Source of the DNA: Promethearchaeota archaeon
Lineage (GTDB): Archaea; Asgardarchaeota; Lokiarchaeia; Sigyniarchaeales; SOKP01
DNA: 64,000 bases
Direction of reading: 5' to 3'
Assembly: GCA_016930515.1 (NCBI GenBank)
Contig: JAFGGO010000061.1
Span: forward strand, 32,001 to 96,000
Every line of letters starts with the position of its first letter. The first letter of the stretch is position 1. The notes beneath the pieces were generated by a model. That model was not told the origin of the DNA, did no database searches, and was given only the letters and a program-made list of their open reading frames with translations. Position numbers and translations under genes: made by a program. Positions 28,742 to 38,360 of this stretch are shown in pieces.

Positions 28742-29650
28742 ATGACATTATCGAATGCTTATTTAGAGCGATTGTTAAAGGATCCGAAGACTATATCAAA
28801 AATAAGTTTTGACGAGCTTTCTGAAATTTTAAACGCAATGAAAATACTATTGGATAAGGAATTTCTATTGGTGGAACTAACACAGTCGGATCAAGAAAAA
28901 GAAGTCATCATCGTTGGAGACCTTCACGGAAATTTAGAATCCTTGCAAAAAATACTCGATCATATTAAGGATCGAAAACCCGAGTTTATTGTTTTCTTGG
29001 GTGATATCGTCGATCGTGGTCGCTTTCAATTGGAGTGCTTGGTCCTAATATGTTGCTTGAAAATAATAGATCCAAATCGGTATTATATATTGAGAGGGAA
29101 CCACGAAGAAGGTGATGTTAACAAGAGATACGGATTTTACGATGTCTTCGTAAGAAAATTTAAAGACTCTAAAAAATTCGAGGAAATAGAGAACTTATAC
29201 AACAGCCTTCCTGCGTGCCTGGTTCTTAACGATGATATATTGTGCCTTCACGGGGGAATTCCTTCAAACATTCAAGCATTAGAAAAGCTCAAGAATACAA
29301 GGTTGAGCGACCTTATCGGCAAAGAACTCATTGAGTATAACCAGATACTTTACGAAATCTTTTGGAACGATCCAAAAAATCACATTGAGGGATTTAAGCC
29401 AAGTTATCGAGGAGAAGGTATAAAATTTTTTGGAAGGGACGCGTTCGATAAATTTTTGAATTACAACCACTTGAATAGGCTTGTGAGATCTCACGAGTGC
29501 TTCACGGAAGGATATAAATGGTACTTTCACCGACGACTGTTATCCATTTTCTCTTCCTTTGATTATAGTGGCGCACAAATCCCCAATCCTGCTAGTATTG
29601 CGTGGCTCAAGGATGGAGAGCTTGGAGTGAAAATATTTTACGGATCTTAA
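28742..29650 (+). CDS. PPP-family Ser/Thr protein phosphatase
   Basis: GDLHG, GDIVDRG, RGNHE, HGG, WNDP, RSHE. Confidence 0.95.
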   Translation: MTLSNAYLERLLKDPKTISKISFDELSEILNAMKILLDKEFLLVELTQSDQEKEVIIVGDLHGNLESLQKILDHIKDRKPEFIVFLGDIVDRGRFQLECLVLICCLKIIDPNRYYILRGNHEEGDVNKRYGFYDVFVRKFKDSKKFEEIENLYNSLPACLVLNDDILCLHGGIPSNIQALEKLKNTRLSDLIGKELIEYNQILYEIFWNDPKNHIEGFKPSYRGEGIKFFGRDAFDKFLNYNHLNRLVRSHECFTEGYKWYFHRRLLSIFSSFDYSGAQIPNPASIAWLKDGELGVKIFYGS

Positions 29651-29661
29651 AAGATAGAAAA

Positions 29662-30003
29662 TTAATAAAATGCGTGAGTGCGTATTAATTCTTCAGAAGG
29701 ATAATACGCATAAGCTTTTAGTTGTTTACCAGATGTAGTAATTACATCAACAACAATTCGATAATACAACTCTCCTTCCATCGAATCAATTCGAGCTAAA
29801 ACCGATTCCGATAGATTGAAATATACTTCTCCGTTAACAGTCATTCCCTTCTTTTTTACGATGAGGGGATATTCCAAAGAGATTGGTTCTATTTTTTCAT
29901 AACCTTGAATTTGACCTCGTTCAAACGGAAGTCCTTTAAGTACACGGTTTCGGCTTTTCCCGCTTTGTAAGGTTCCATATACAAATAAATTATTCATAAA
30001 CAA
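29662..30003 (-). CDS. Gamma-glutamylcyclotransferase (AIG2-like)
   Basis: LFVYGTL, VNGEVY, IDSMEG, YYR. Confidence 0.9.
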   Translation of the reverse strand: MFMNNLFVYGTLQSGKSRNRVLKGLPFERGQIQGYEKIEPISLEYPLIVKKKGMTVNGEVYFNLSESVLARIDSMEGELYYRIVVDVITTSGKQLKAYAYYPSEELIRTHAFY

Positions 30004-30286
30004 CCACTATATTTTTTTAATTTCGAGGATTTTTAATTTGAAGTTAAAAACGAAATAATCGTTAAACTATTTTTAGTTACAAAAAGATTAACTACTATTT
30101 AAAGTAGTAAATGTGTATGTTGAGATTTAGCAGTAATACTCATAAATACAGGAATCCTCTCCAATAATAACAAGTATATTTTTATTAGGAAAAAGGCAAG
30201 TCAAATTAGATGGCATACAACAGAACGAAATGTGAAAATGGAAATGATATATCTTAATTCAAACAAGCGCTGAAATTTACCTGCAA

Positions 30287-30547
30287 TTACATAATTTCTG
30301 ATGCATCAGGCTTGATAAACAGTAAGTTATTTCCTCGAATGAAGATTTCGTTGTATTTTGCAACGGGGGAACCGTCCATAATTTCCGTGGCGTCTTCTAA
30401 TATCATATTCATATATGCATCAATTTCCTTCAACATACCCCGATATTCCGTGCCGTCTTTTAATCGGAGTAAAATCTCAGAGTTCTGAGCGTTCTGTAAA
30501 ATGGTTAGGGGATTCTTCAATCTCGGCTGATTTTCGTTTTTAGACAA
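30287..30547 (-). CDS. Sm/Lsm RNA-binding protein (SmAP)
   Basis: Sm1 LKDGTEYRGMLKEIDAYMNMIL; Sm2 IFIRGNN. Confidence 0.95.
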   Translation of the reverse strand: MSKNENQPRLKNPLTILQNAQNSEILLRLKDGTEYRGMLKEIDAYMNMILEDATEIMDGSPVAKYNEIFIRGNNLLFIKPDASEIM

Positions 30548-30659
30548 TTTCTTTACCTTTCGAGAATAAATTTAACTTCAATAATAATGTAATAAGATAA
30601 AAATTAGTTTTTAGAATTAAAACTCTTCGGTTTAATCGGAAGGTTTAAAAAAATTTAAA

Positions 30660-31271
30660 TTGCTTTTAAGTTTTGATAGTATCGTGAGAATGGAGCTCGA
30701 CAAGAAGAAAGATATCATCGATAAGTACAACTCGACATCTTATTTTTACGACAAGAGATATTCAAACATTCAACTTGAAAAGTATAAACTCGCTTTAAAC
30801 GACCAATCGTTCTCCAACAAGGTTATATTCGACGCGGGATGCGGTACCGGACTGCTTTGGGAATTAGCACGGGTTTTAGAAGGCAAGCACCAAGATGCAA
30901 CCTATCATTTCGTTGGAAGCGACATTTCTTGGGAAATGCTTAATGTGTTTCTCTTGAAAACAAAAAACCAAGAAATCTGCATTAAGAGGGCGATTCATTT
31001 AGTTCTTTCAGATATGGAAAAACTTCCTTTTAGGGATGAATCTTTCGAAGCTTTTTTTTCCTTCACATCTCTCCAAAATTTACATGATATGAAGCAAGGC
31101 GTGAAAGAGTGCCTAAGAACTTCCGGAACGGGTACTAGAGTTATATTTTCAATATTAAAAAAGAAGAAAGGGTTTAATGATCTGCTCACCCTATTTAAGA
31201 CAAAGATGAATGATTTAGAAATCCTCGATAATCACAATTTAGAAGACGCAATCGTTAGGTTTTATTTGTAA
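30660..31271 (+). CDS. Class I SAM-dependent methyltransferase (start may be ATG 30690)
   Basis: FDAGCGTG, GSDIS, LPFRDESF. Confidence 0.9.
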   Translation: MLLSFDSIVRMELDKKKDIIDKYNSTSYFYDKRYSNIQLEKYKLALNDQSFSNKVIFDAGCGTGLLWELARVLEGKHQDATYHFVGSDISWEMLNVFLLKTKNQEICIKRAIHLVLSDMEKLPFRDESFEAFFSFTSLQNLHDMKQGVKECLRTSGTGTRVIFSILKKKKGFNDLLTLFKTKMNDLEILDNHNLEDAIVRFYL

Positions 31272-32139
31272 AAAAAGATTTAACGATATCGTCAGGATTA
31301 CTAATAATCCTATACTTTTTTCTAAAAAAATTACACAAATTTTGGATATCCCTTAATAAAAGTAATCGAGCGTTAGGATGATCGCTCGGAACGGATTGTA
31401 ACCAATCAATGATCAGGATGTTCCCCTGTTGATCGAGAACGATGTTAAATTCTCCTAAATCTCCGTGAATTAGGTTTCCTTTTTGATAAATATGCTTTAT
31501 CTGGGAAATAATCTTATCAAATATATAACGAGGATCGTCAATATCGCTATAATACACTAATTCCTTACCGCGCAAATATTCCATAACAACCGCGTGCCTG
31601 TTGTATCCAATTGGTTTGGGCGTGTTAAGATTTAATTCATAAATGCTCCTAAGAGCTTCGTATTCTTTTTTTGCAGCAAGACGATTAACATAGAGCCAGG
31701 ACATGTGAGTTCTTTCTCCAATCAAATCTCGTAATTTTTTTATGTTTTTGAAACTCGTGCGCCCCATACGGTACAACTTCAAGGCAAAAATGTTTTCTTT
31801 ATCGTCCATGCAACTGAATACATCGGATTCTTTTCCCTTTCCAATGAGCGGACCTAATTGTGCGATTGTACCTTTTTCGACCAACGCGCGTAATGCAAGG
31901 AGGTCATAAGCTTTTGAATTAAGGGTATATCCGAGATCGTGTTTTGACGAATTACGTATTATAAGATCGTATTTATGTACCCTGTTTAATCGATATAATG
32001 TTTCTTCGATTGGGTACCTTGAATAAAACCTGATATCGTTAACTTTAACGAATTCAGATCTTTTCATCCCAATTTCAATAGCCATTAAAATTCGTAAATC
32101 TTCTTTCTCTAATTTTGTGAGTAGTCTTGCCGCTTCCAC
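31255..32139 (-). CDS. rio2: RIO2 atypical protein kinase
   Basis: N-terminal winged helix (YDLLAL), GKGKESDVF, GRTSF, HGDLGEFNI, IIDW. Confidence 0.94.
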   Translation of the reverse strand: MEAARLLTKLEKEDLRILMAIEIGMKRSEFVKVNDIRFYSRYPIEETLYRLNRVHKYDLIIRNSSKHDLGYTLNSKAYDLLALRALVEKGTIAQLGPLIGKGKESDVFSCMDDKENIFALKLYRMGRTSFKNIKKLRDLIGERTHMSWLYVNRLAAKKEYEALRSIYELNLNTPKPIGYNRHAVVMEYLRGKELVYYSDIDDPRYIFDKIISQIKHIYQKGNLIHGDLGEFNIVLDQQGNILIIDWLQSVPSDHPNARLLLLRDIQNLCNFFRKKYRIISNPDDIVKSFFTNKT

Positions 32140-32366
32140 ATTATAAGGACAGATTAGTCACATTTAACTTTTTTTAAAACGATTATCGATTCTTCTTATG
32201 ATAGAATTACGAAAAGATGACATTGGAAACAAAAAGTCCATTTAACCTATTGATTAAATATTTTAAAAAGAGTAAACATAAAAATGTATTTTTTTATTAT
32301 CTATGCGAGAAAATTTTTATGGCATTTAAGGTCTAAAATCGCACTCTTCCCCAGGAACTAAAAAAC

Positions 32367-33533
32367 ATGATAAATAATTCCCCTAACAATTTGTCATTGA
32401 AAGATTATCAGACAATAATAAAATCATTGGGTGATCTCGTGACTATTATTGATTCCAACTTGAAGATTGAATACATAAACGAAGATTCGCACTTAAAACT
32501 ATTAAATCGCTCCAAAGAAGAGCTTTTAGGCGTTTCTATTGAGAAGATCATTTATTACAAAGACTTTAACGATTTTTTGGATAATTTTAAAAAAGCTATA
32601 AAAGACGGGGAAAGAACAATAGATGTGAGGTTTTTACGCAAGGATAAGCACAAATTATGGTTCGAGAGCAAGCTTAAGTATCTAAATGAGTTTGAATTTA
32701 ATTCAAAAATTTTAGTTGTTTCAAGAGAAATTACAGAGAGAAAAAATGTCGAAAAATTTATAAGCGAAATGTCTGAGAGAAGAAAAACAGAAGAGATTAT
32801 AAAAAAAGAAATAGAAAAAGTCAAAGAATTCACCAAGATAAGGAAGGCCTTGATTTCAAGCATAAGTCACGAGTTAAAAACGCCCCTAATGTCCATTAAC
32901 GGCGCAAGTGAGCTACTCTTGCAAATATATTGTGAGGAGCTTGGTAAGGACGCCAAGGAATTGATCCAGATGGTAGCGAGAGGGGGAGAAAGACTTGAAT
33001 ATCTCATAGGTAATCTCATGGATGTATCACGGATGGATTACGACAAGCTTAAATTGGAAAAATCGCAAGAGGACCTTTGCGATATTTTAAACAGTTGTTC
33101 ACGAGAAATGCAATACCAGTTAAATCAACGAGAAATACAACTTCATATAGAATTACCGAATGCGTTTGCAATTGAATTGGATAGAATTCGAATAGAGCAA
33201 GTCATAACAAATCTCCTGCTGAATGCGATTAAAAACACTCCTCCTAAAGGCGAAATATTTGTAAACATCAATGCAGGAAAAGATTATGTTTGGATTTACA
33301 TTAAGGATACGGGCATTGGCCTTACACAAGAGGAAATACAGCAATTATTTACGGAGTTTGGGAAAATAGAAAGGTCGGGAGAGGGTTTTGAATATTTAGA
33401 TATTCAGGGATCTGGTCTAGGATTGTTCATAACAAAACAAATTGTCGAGATGCACGATGGTGAGATTTCGGCAATGTCAGAAGGGCGACACAAGGGATCT
33501 ACATTTATCGTTAAATTACCTCGAAAAGCATGA
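32367..33533 (+). CDS. Cytoplasmic PAS-domain sensor histidine kinase
   Basis: PAS/PAC (SREITERK), SHELKTPL, NLLLNAIK, DTGIG, GSGLGL. Confidence 0.95.
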   Translation: MINNSPNNLSLKDYQTIIKSLGDLVTIIDSNLKIEYINEDSHLKLLNRSKEELLGVSIEKIIYYKDFNDFLDNFKKAIKDGERTIDVRFLRKDKHKLWFESKLKYLNEFEFNSKILVVSREITERKNVEKFISEMSERRKTEEIIKKEIEKVKEFTKIRKALISSISHELKTPLMSINGASELLLQIYCEELGKDAKELIQMVARGGERLEYLIGNLMDVSRMDYDKLKLEKSQEDLCDILNSCSREMQYQLNQREIQLHIELPNAFAIELDRIRIEQVITNLLLNAIKNTPPKGEIFVNINAGKDYVWIYIKDTGIGLTQEEIQQLFTEFGKIERSGEGFEYLDIQGSGLGLFITKQIVEMHDGEISAMSEGRHKGSTFIVKLPRKA

Positions 33534-33656
33534 AAAAAGCTTGAAATTAAGAAAAAATGATAGAATCATAAGAATCCATCGAAAAATTATATATAATTCG
33601 TAAAATTCCAAGGAGTTGCAATAGATTGAAATAACTTGTTGCTTTTGATTAATATT

Positions 33657-34487
33657 ATGTCAAACGAAAGTGGATATTTCGAAGGAAGAGAAACAACCAA
33701 GCTTTTTTATCAATATTGGCTCCCTGATCCACGAGAGATCAAAGCATTTATAATTGCCCTTCACGATTGGGGAACTCATTCGGATAGAATTACGTTACCA
33801 GCGCAGTTTTTAACTGAAAAGGGATACGCCATTTACGCCTTCGATATAAGGGGCCATTGGAGAAATGCGGGTCAGAATCCCGGCCATATTATTAGTATGT
33901 TCGATCATGTCCAGAAAGACATCGTTTTATTCATGGATGTTGTTAAAAAAGATGCAGGAGATAAAAAAGTTTTTCTAATGGGAGAAGGATTTGGTGGATT
34001 AGCTGCTCTTATTTACGCCATCATGCACCCACAACTCGATGGCGTCATTGCCTCGTCTCCAGAACTTGGTCTTCTCGATAAATTACCTGCAAGTAAAAAG
34101 GTTGAGGCAAAATTAAACCCATCTAAGATCGTAAAATATGAGATAAATCAGAAAGTGTTAACTAGCGATCTTAAAATATTGAAGAAACATTTTGCGGATA
34201 AAAACAAGATCGAGGTCATTTCTGCCGAGACTGCTGCAGATAGGGTCGCTTCAGCAAAGTGGGCATTAGCTAATGCCAATAACCTTGCTTGTAGCGCATT
34301 AATACTGCAAGCAGGTCAAGATAGGATCGTTGACAAGAAAAAAACGAAAAAGTTTTACGATAAAGCAAGAAGTCTGGACAAGAAATACCAAGAGTACGAC
34401 GAGTTCTATCACGAGTTATGGCAGGAACGTGGAAGAGAGCAAGTATATCGAGACATATTCGTTTGGCTCGAACAGCACTTAAAATAA
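33657..34487 (+). CDS. Monoacylglycerol lipase/lysophospholipase-fold protein lacking the nucleophilic Ser
   Basis: LFYQYW, FDIRGH, GEGFGG in place of GHSxGG, QDRIV, YHEL; ATG 33657 preferred over TTG 33636. Confidence 0.85.
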   Translation: MSNESGYFEGRETTKLFYQYWLPDPREIKAFIIALHDWGTHSDRITLPAQFLTEKGYAIYAFDIRGHWRNAGQNPGHIISMFDHVQKDIVLFMDVVKKDAGDKKVFLMGEGFGGLAALIYAIMHPQLDGVIASSPELGLLDKLPASKKVEAKLNPSKIVKYEINQKVLTSDLKILKKHFADKNKIEVISAETAADRVASAKWALANANNLACSALILQAGQDRIVDKKKTKKFYDKARSLDKKYQEYDEFYHELWQERGREQVYRDIFVWLEQHLK

Positions 34488-34492
34488 AAAAA

Positions 34493-35278
34493 TCAGGTAT
34501 ATTTTTTATACATGTTTTTTATGAAATCGTCTAATTCCTTCATTGATTTCTTCGGATCGTAAGCGAGACTTGCGCATTCATCCTCAAGATCAAACCACTT
34601 GCCAATTTGCTCTTTACTCATCATTGCCGTCATCGACTTGTATGTGAATAAAAACGCACTATTTAAGTTTCCTAGTTGTTTTGCGTAGTTAAGCGTTTCT
34701 TCCTCGATTTTGTCCAGCGGAAATACAAGCGAAGGAAAATTTATATTCTTTAAATCCTCGAGAGAGGCCCTTTTATTAGTAAACATTAGGTTTTTAGCGT
34801 ATGTGGCTCCAAAAGCCAATAACGGCATTATTGAAGCCCCAGTTTGAGGAAAAGCGCTGATATAAAGCTCAGGTAATTGAATGAAAAGTTCCTCTTTAGG
34901 TCTATCTGCAAAAATTCTTATATCAGAGGCAACAGTAATTAGAACGCCAAAACCAACCGCTATGCCTTGGATTTGAGTTATTACAGGTTTTTTCATCAGC
35001 ATGATATACTCGTTTACTTTTCTCCCCAATTCGGCGACTATCTTGCTTTTCTCAGGGTTCCCCTTCACTTCTTTGAGGTCATATCCAGCAGAAAAAAATC
35101 GATCACCCACGCTACGGACTAAAACGCAATTAACTGCCTCGTTTTCATCAGATTTAACGATGTAATCATAGATATCCTGTAACATCGAACTTGTCACCGA
35201 ATTGGCTTTATCAGGTCTGTTGATAGTGATTATTGCAACTTTTTCTTCAACCTTATATTGTATGAGATCTTCACTCAT
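34493..35278 (-). CDS. Enoyl-CoA hydratase/isomerase (crotonase) family protein
   Basis: ITINRPDKAN, FSAGYDL, KPVI, ASDIR, LPE; ATG 35278 preferred over TTG 35320. Confidence 0.9.
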   Translation of the reverse strand: MSEDLIQYKVEEKVAIITINRPDKANSVTSSMLQDIYDYIVKSDENEAVNCVLVRSVGDRFFSAGYDLKEVKGNPEKSKIVAELGRKVNEYIMLMKKPVITQIQGIAVGFGVLITVASDIRIFADRPKEELFIQLPELYISAFPQTGASIMPLLAFGATYAKNLMFTNKRASLEDLKNINFPSLVFPLDKIEEETLNYAKQLGNLNSAFLFTYKSMTAMMSKEQIGKWFDLEDECASLAYDPKKSMKELDDFIKNMYKKYT

Positions 35279-35597
35279 GATAGTGTGTAAAAGGTGGCTT
35301 TTTATTAATGTTTTAGCCAAAGTTAATTTTTAAGATCTTTTATAAAAACTTTTTAAGTTAAAAATGTGAAACAAATTCCTAGCGCGCTTCGCTATCAATG
35401 AAGTTGTTTATAATAAGGAATATATTGATAATATCTTTATTTTAAGACTTTTTAAAAAACTATTATTAAAATAACGACAAATTATTAGTCTCCTTATATT
35501 ATTAACTCAGAATTAACATAGATTTATTTTGATATTGAATTAATGATCTTAAATTAGTAAGTTAGAATTTACATTTTAAAAGATTCAAGTAATTAAA

Positions 35598-38351
35598 ATG
35601 ACTCTGGACGATATAAACATAGATGATCTCACCCCAATGATGAAGCATTGGGCGTCTATTAAATTAAAATATCCTGAACACTTGTTAGCGTACCGAATGG
35701 GAGACTTTTTCGAATTTTTTTACGACGATGCTGAAAAGATCTCCAAACTCATTGGAATTACTCTTACGAAGAGAAAGATTGGAAATAGCGCGTATCCCCT
35801 TGCTGGTATACCCCATCATTCTGTTAAAAATCACTTTAATAACCTCATAAAACAAGGACAGACCGTGGTCATTGTTGAGCAACTCGAAGATCCCACAACC
35901 GTGAAAGGACGAATTGTGAAAAGAGGGGTCACGAGAATTCTTTCTCCTGGCACCATAATTGATTTTGACATGTTAAAATTAGACAAGAACAATTATATAT
36001 CCTCGATGGTTAGGGGAAAACACGGCTATGGAGTTGCGTTTGCAGATCTTTCTACGGGGGAGTTTGTCACAAAAGAATTTACTTCGAAGGAAGGCGATCC
36101 TCTTGAAAAGCTTCTGAGCACGGTCTCTCAATACGATCCCGTAGAAATCGTAGTGCCATCGGATTTTAAAAAGGATGAGAAAACATTTGTTGTCCTGACA
36201 GATTTAACGGACGCTGTTATAAAAACTCTTGATGATCAAATTTTCGATTTTAACCAAGCAAGCGAAACAATAGTGAATCATTTTAATTTGTCAAATTTGG
36301 CTGGATTTGGGTTAGAAAATTCCATACTAGCGGTTCAGGCAGCAGGTGGCCTTTTAAAATTTTTAAAAGAAACGCAAATGGAGATGTTACCCAATATTTT
36401 CAAGATTTTACTCTTACAAGACACAAGTCAGTTACATTTAGATTATGTGACTCAACGAAACTTGGAGTTAGTATCGTCATTATGGGAAAAGGGCAAGGAC
36501 ACATCATTGTTCTCCATATTTAATGACACTTATACACCAATGGGGGCGCGATTACTAAAAAAAATAATCCTTCAACCCCTCTTAAATATAAATGAAATAA
36601 ATCAAAGACTTAACATCGTAGAGAAGTTCAAGAATGATGTTTTTCTTAGGACGGAATTAAGAGAACAATTAAAAATAATAGGTGACTTAGAGCGATATAT
36701 CAATCGAATAAATTATTCCAATCGTTCAAACGCTCGAGATTTGTTAAATGTAAAGGAATCCTTAGAAAACATCCCAAAGATAAAAGATTTGTTAATAAAA
36801 GCAAACATTTCCGAAATTGCAGCATATTTAGAGAAAATCAACGATTTTAAGACCTTAAGAACTCTAATTGAAGTTTCAATCCACGAAGAACCCCCTCTTA
36901 CAATAACGGAAGGCGGTATCATTAAAGACGGATTTAACGAGAAGGTTGATGATCTAAGAGATGTTTTAAACAATGGCATGCAATATGTTCTTACCTATGA
37001 GGAAAATTTAAAAAATAAATGGAACATAAACACGGGGCTCAAAATCAGTCATAATAATATTTTAGGATATTATATTCAAATAACACATAATACTTTAAAA
37101 TCAATTGAAAACCTACCATTGGATTTTAACGAACGGGCTACCCTAAAAAATGCAAAACGATACACCACGCCTGAATTAAAAAAGATCGAAGAAAAAATAT
37201 TAACGGCACGAGAACAAATTAGCGATGTAGAATATGAAATATTTTGCACCATCAGAGATAAAGTCGTGGAGCAAACTAATGATATTTTGGAAACAGCTAA
37301 AGCGTTAGCCTATATAGATGTATTATCCTGTTTTGCTGAAAATGCCGAAAGATATGGATATTGCAGGCCAATAATGTCTGATGACTTGAAGATAGATATA
37401 AAAGAAGGTAGACATCCCGTAGTAGAACGCTTGAATGTTGACGAGGCTTTTATACCAAACGATTGTTATTTAGATACTGAAAGCGAACAAGTACTCATAA
37501 TAACGGGGCCCAACATGTCGGGAAAAAGTACAATTCTTCGTCAGGTCGCCCTAACCTGCATCCTGGCTCAAATGGGTAGTTTTGTGCCAGCAAAATCAGC
37601 CTATATTGGAGTAATAGATCAAGTATTCACGAGAATAGGCGCATCGGACGATTTAGCGCGAAAATTAAGTACCTTCATGATAGAGATGACCGAAACTGCG
37701 AAGATTCTTAATTACGCCACTCCCAAGAGCTTGGTAATCATCGATGAATTAGGAAGAGGAACCAGTACCAGCGATGGACAAAGTATTGCATTGGCCACCC
37801 TTGAAACTCTCCATCAAATGAAAATCAAAACGCTCTTTAGTACCCATTATCACCAGCTCACGGAAATAAAATTACCTCGAGTGAGGAACTATCATTTAGA
37901 CATCATCGAAAACGAAGACGGTTCCATTAATTTCGTAAGAAAGCTCCGACCGGGAAGTACGGATAAATCTTACGGAATACATGTAGCCAAGCTTGCCGGG
38001 ATTCCCGATGCCGTGATAAAAAGAGCTTTTGGAATTTTAGAGGAAATAGAGAAAAACGATCCTTTCAAGACCACCGTAAGAGAAAAGGGAGGAAACTCCA
38101 ATGAAAAAAAAAAAATCCAAAAGAAAGATAATAAATATAAAGGAACTTTCAACTCTGCAGAAGAACGTCAGAAGAAATTAGTCCAAACCTCCTTCTTCCG
38201 CCCTATCGTCAAAACTGAAGCATCTCTGAACGGTAAGCTTAAAAGATTAATTGAAATTGTTGAAAATATGGATATAGAGAACTTAACACCCGTTGACGCC
38301 ATGAAAAAATTGATACGACTTAAAGAAGAATTACTTTCAAACAAAAACTAA
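35598..38351 (+). CDS. mutS: DNA mismatch repair protein MutS (MutS1)
   Basis: TPMM, RMGDFFEFF, GRHPVVE, TGPNMSGKST, STFMIEM, DELGRGTS, SYGIHVA. Confidence 0.97.
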   Translation: MTLDDINIDDLTPMMKHWASIKLKYPEHLLAYRMGDFFEFFYDDAEKISKLIGITLTKRKIGNSAYPLAGIPHHSVKNHFNNLIKQGQTVVIVEQLEDPTTVKGRIVKRGVTRILSPGTIIDFDMLKLDKNNYISSMVRGKHGYGVAFADLSTGEFVTKEFTSKEGDPLEKLLSTVSQYDPVEIVVPSDFKKDEKTFVVLTDLTDAVIKTLDDQIFDFNQASETIVNHFNLSNLAGFGLENSILAVQAAGGLLKFLKETQMEMLPNIFKILLLQDTSQLHLDYVTQRNLELVSSLWEKGKDTSLFSIFNDTYTPMGARLLKKIILQPLLNINEINQRLNIVEKFKNDVFLRTELREQLKIIGDLERYINRINYSNRSNARDLLNVKESLENIPKIKDLLIKANISEIAAYLEKINDFKTLRTLIEVSIHEEPPLTITEGGIIKDGFNEKVDDLRDVLNNGMQYVLTYEENLKNKWNINTGLKISHNNILGYYIQITHNTLKSIENLPLDFNERATLKNAKRYTTPELKKIEEKILTAREQISDVEYEIFCTIRDKVVEQTNDILETAKALAYIDVLSCFAENAERYGYCRPIMSDDLKIDIKEGRHPVVERLNVDEAFIPNDCYLDTESEQVLIITGPNMSGKSTILRQVALTCILAQMGSFVPAKSAYIGVIDQVFTRIGASDDLARKLSTFMIEMTETAKILNYATPKSLVIIDELGRGTSTSDGQSIALATLETLHQMKIKTLFSTHYHQLTEIKLPRVRNYHLDIIENEDGSINFVRKLRPGSTDKSYGIHVAKLAGIPDAVIKRAFGILEEIEKNDPFKTTVREKGGNSNEKKKIQKKDNKYKGTFNSAEERQKKLVQTSFFRPIVKTEASLNGKLKRLIEIVENMDIENLTPVDAMKKLIRLKEELLSNKN

Positions 38352-38360
38352 AAATCTATC

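Noticed and set aside
30004-30286. rpl37e, which often follows the archaeal Sm gene
   Set aside because: No matching Cys-rich basic ORF on the minus strand
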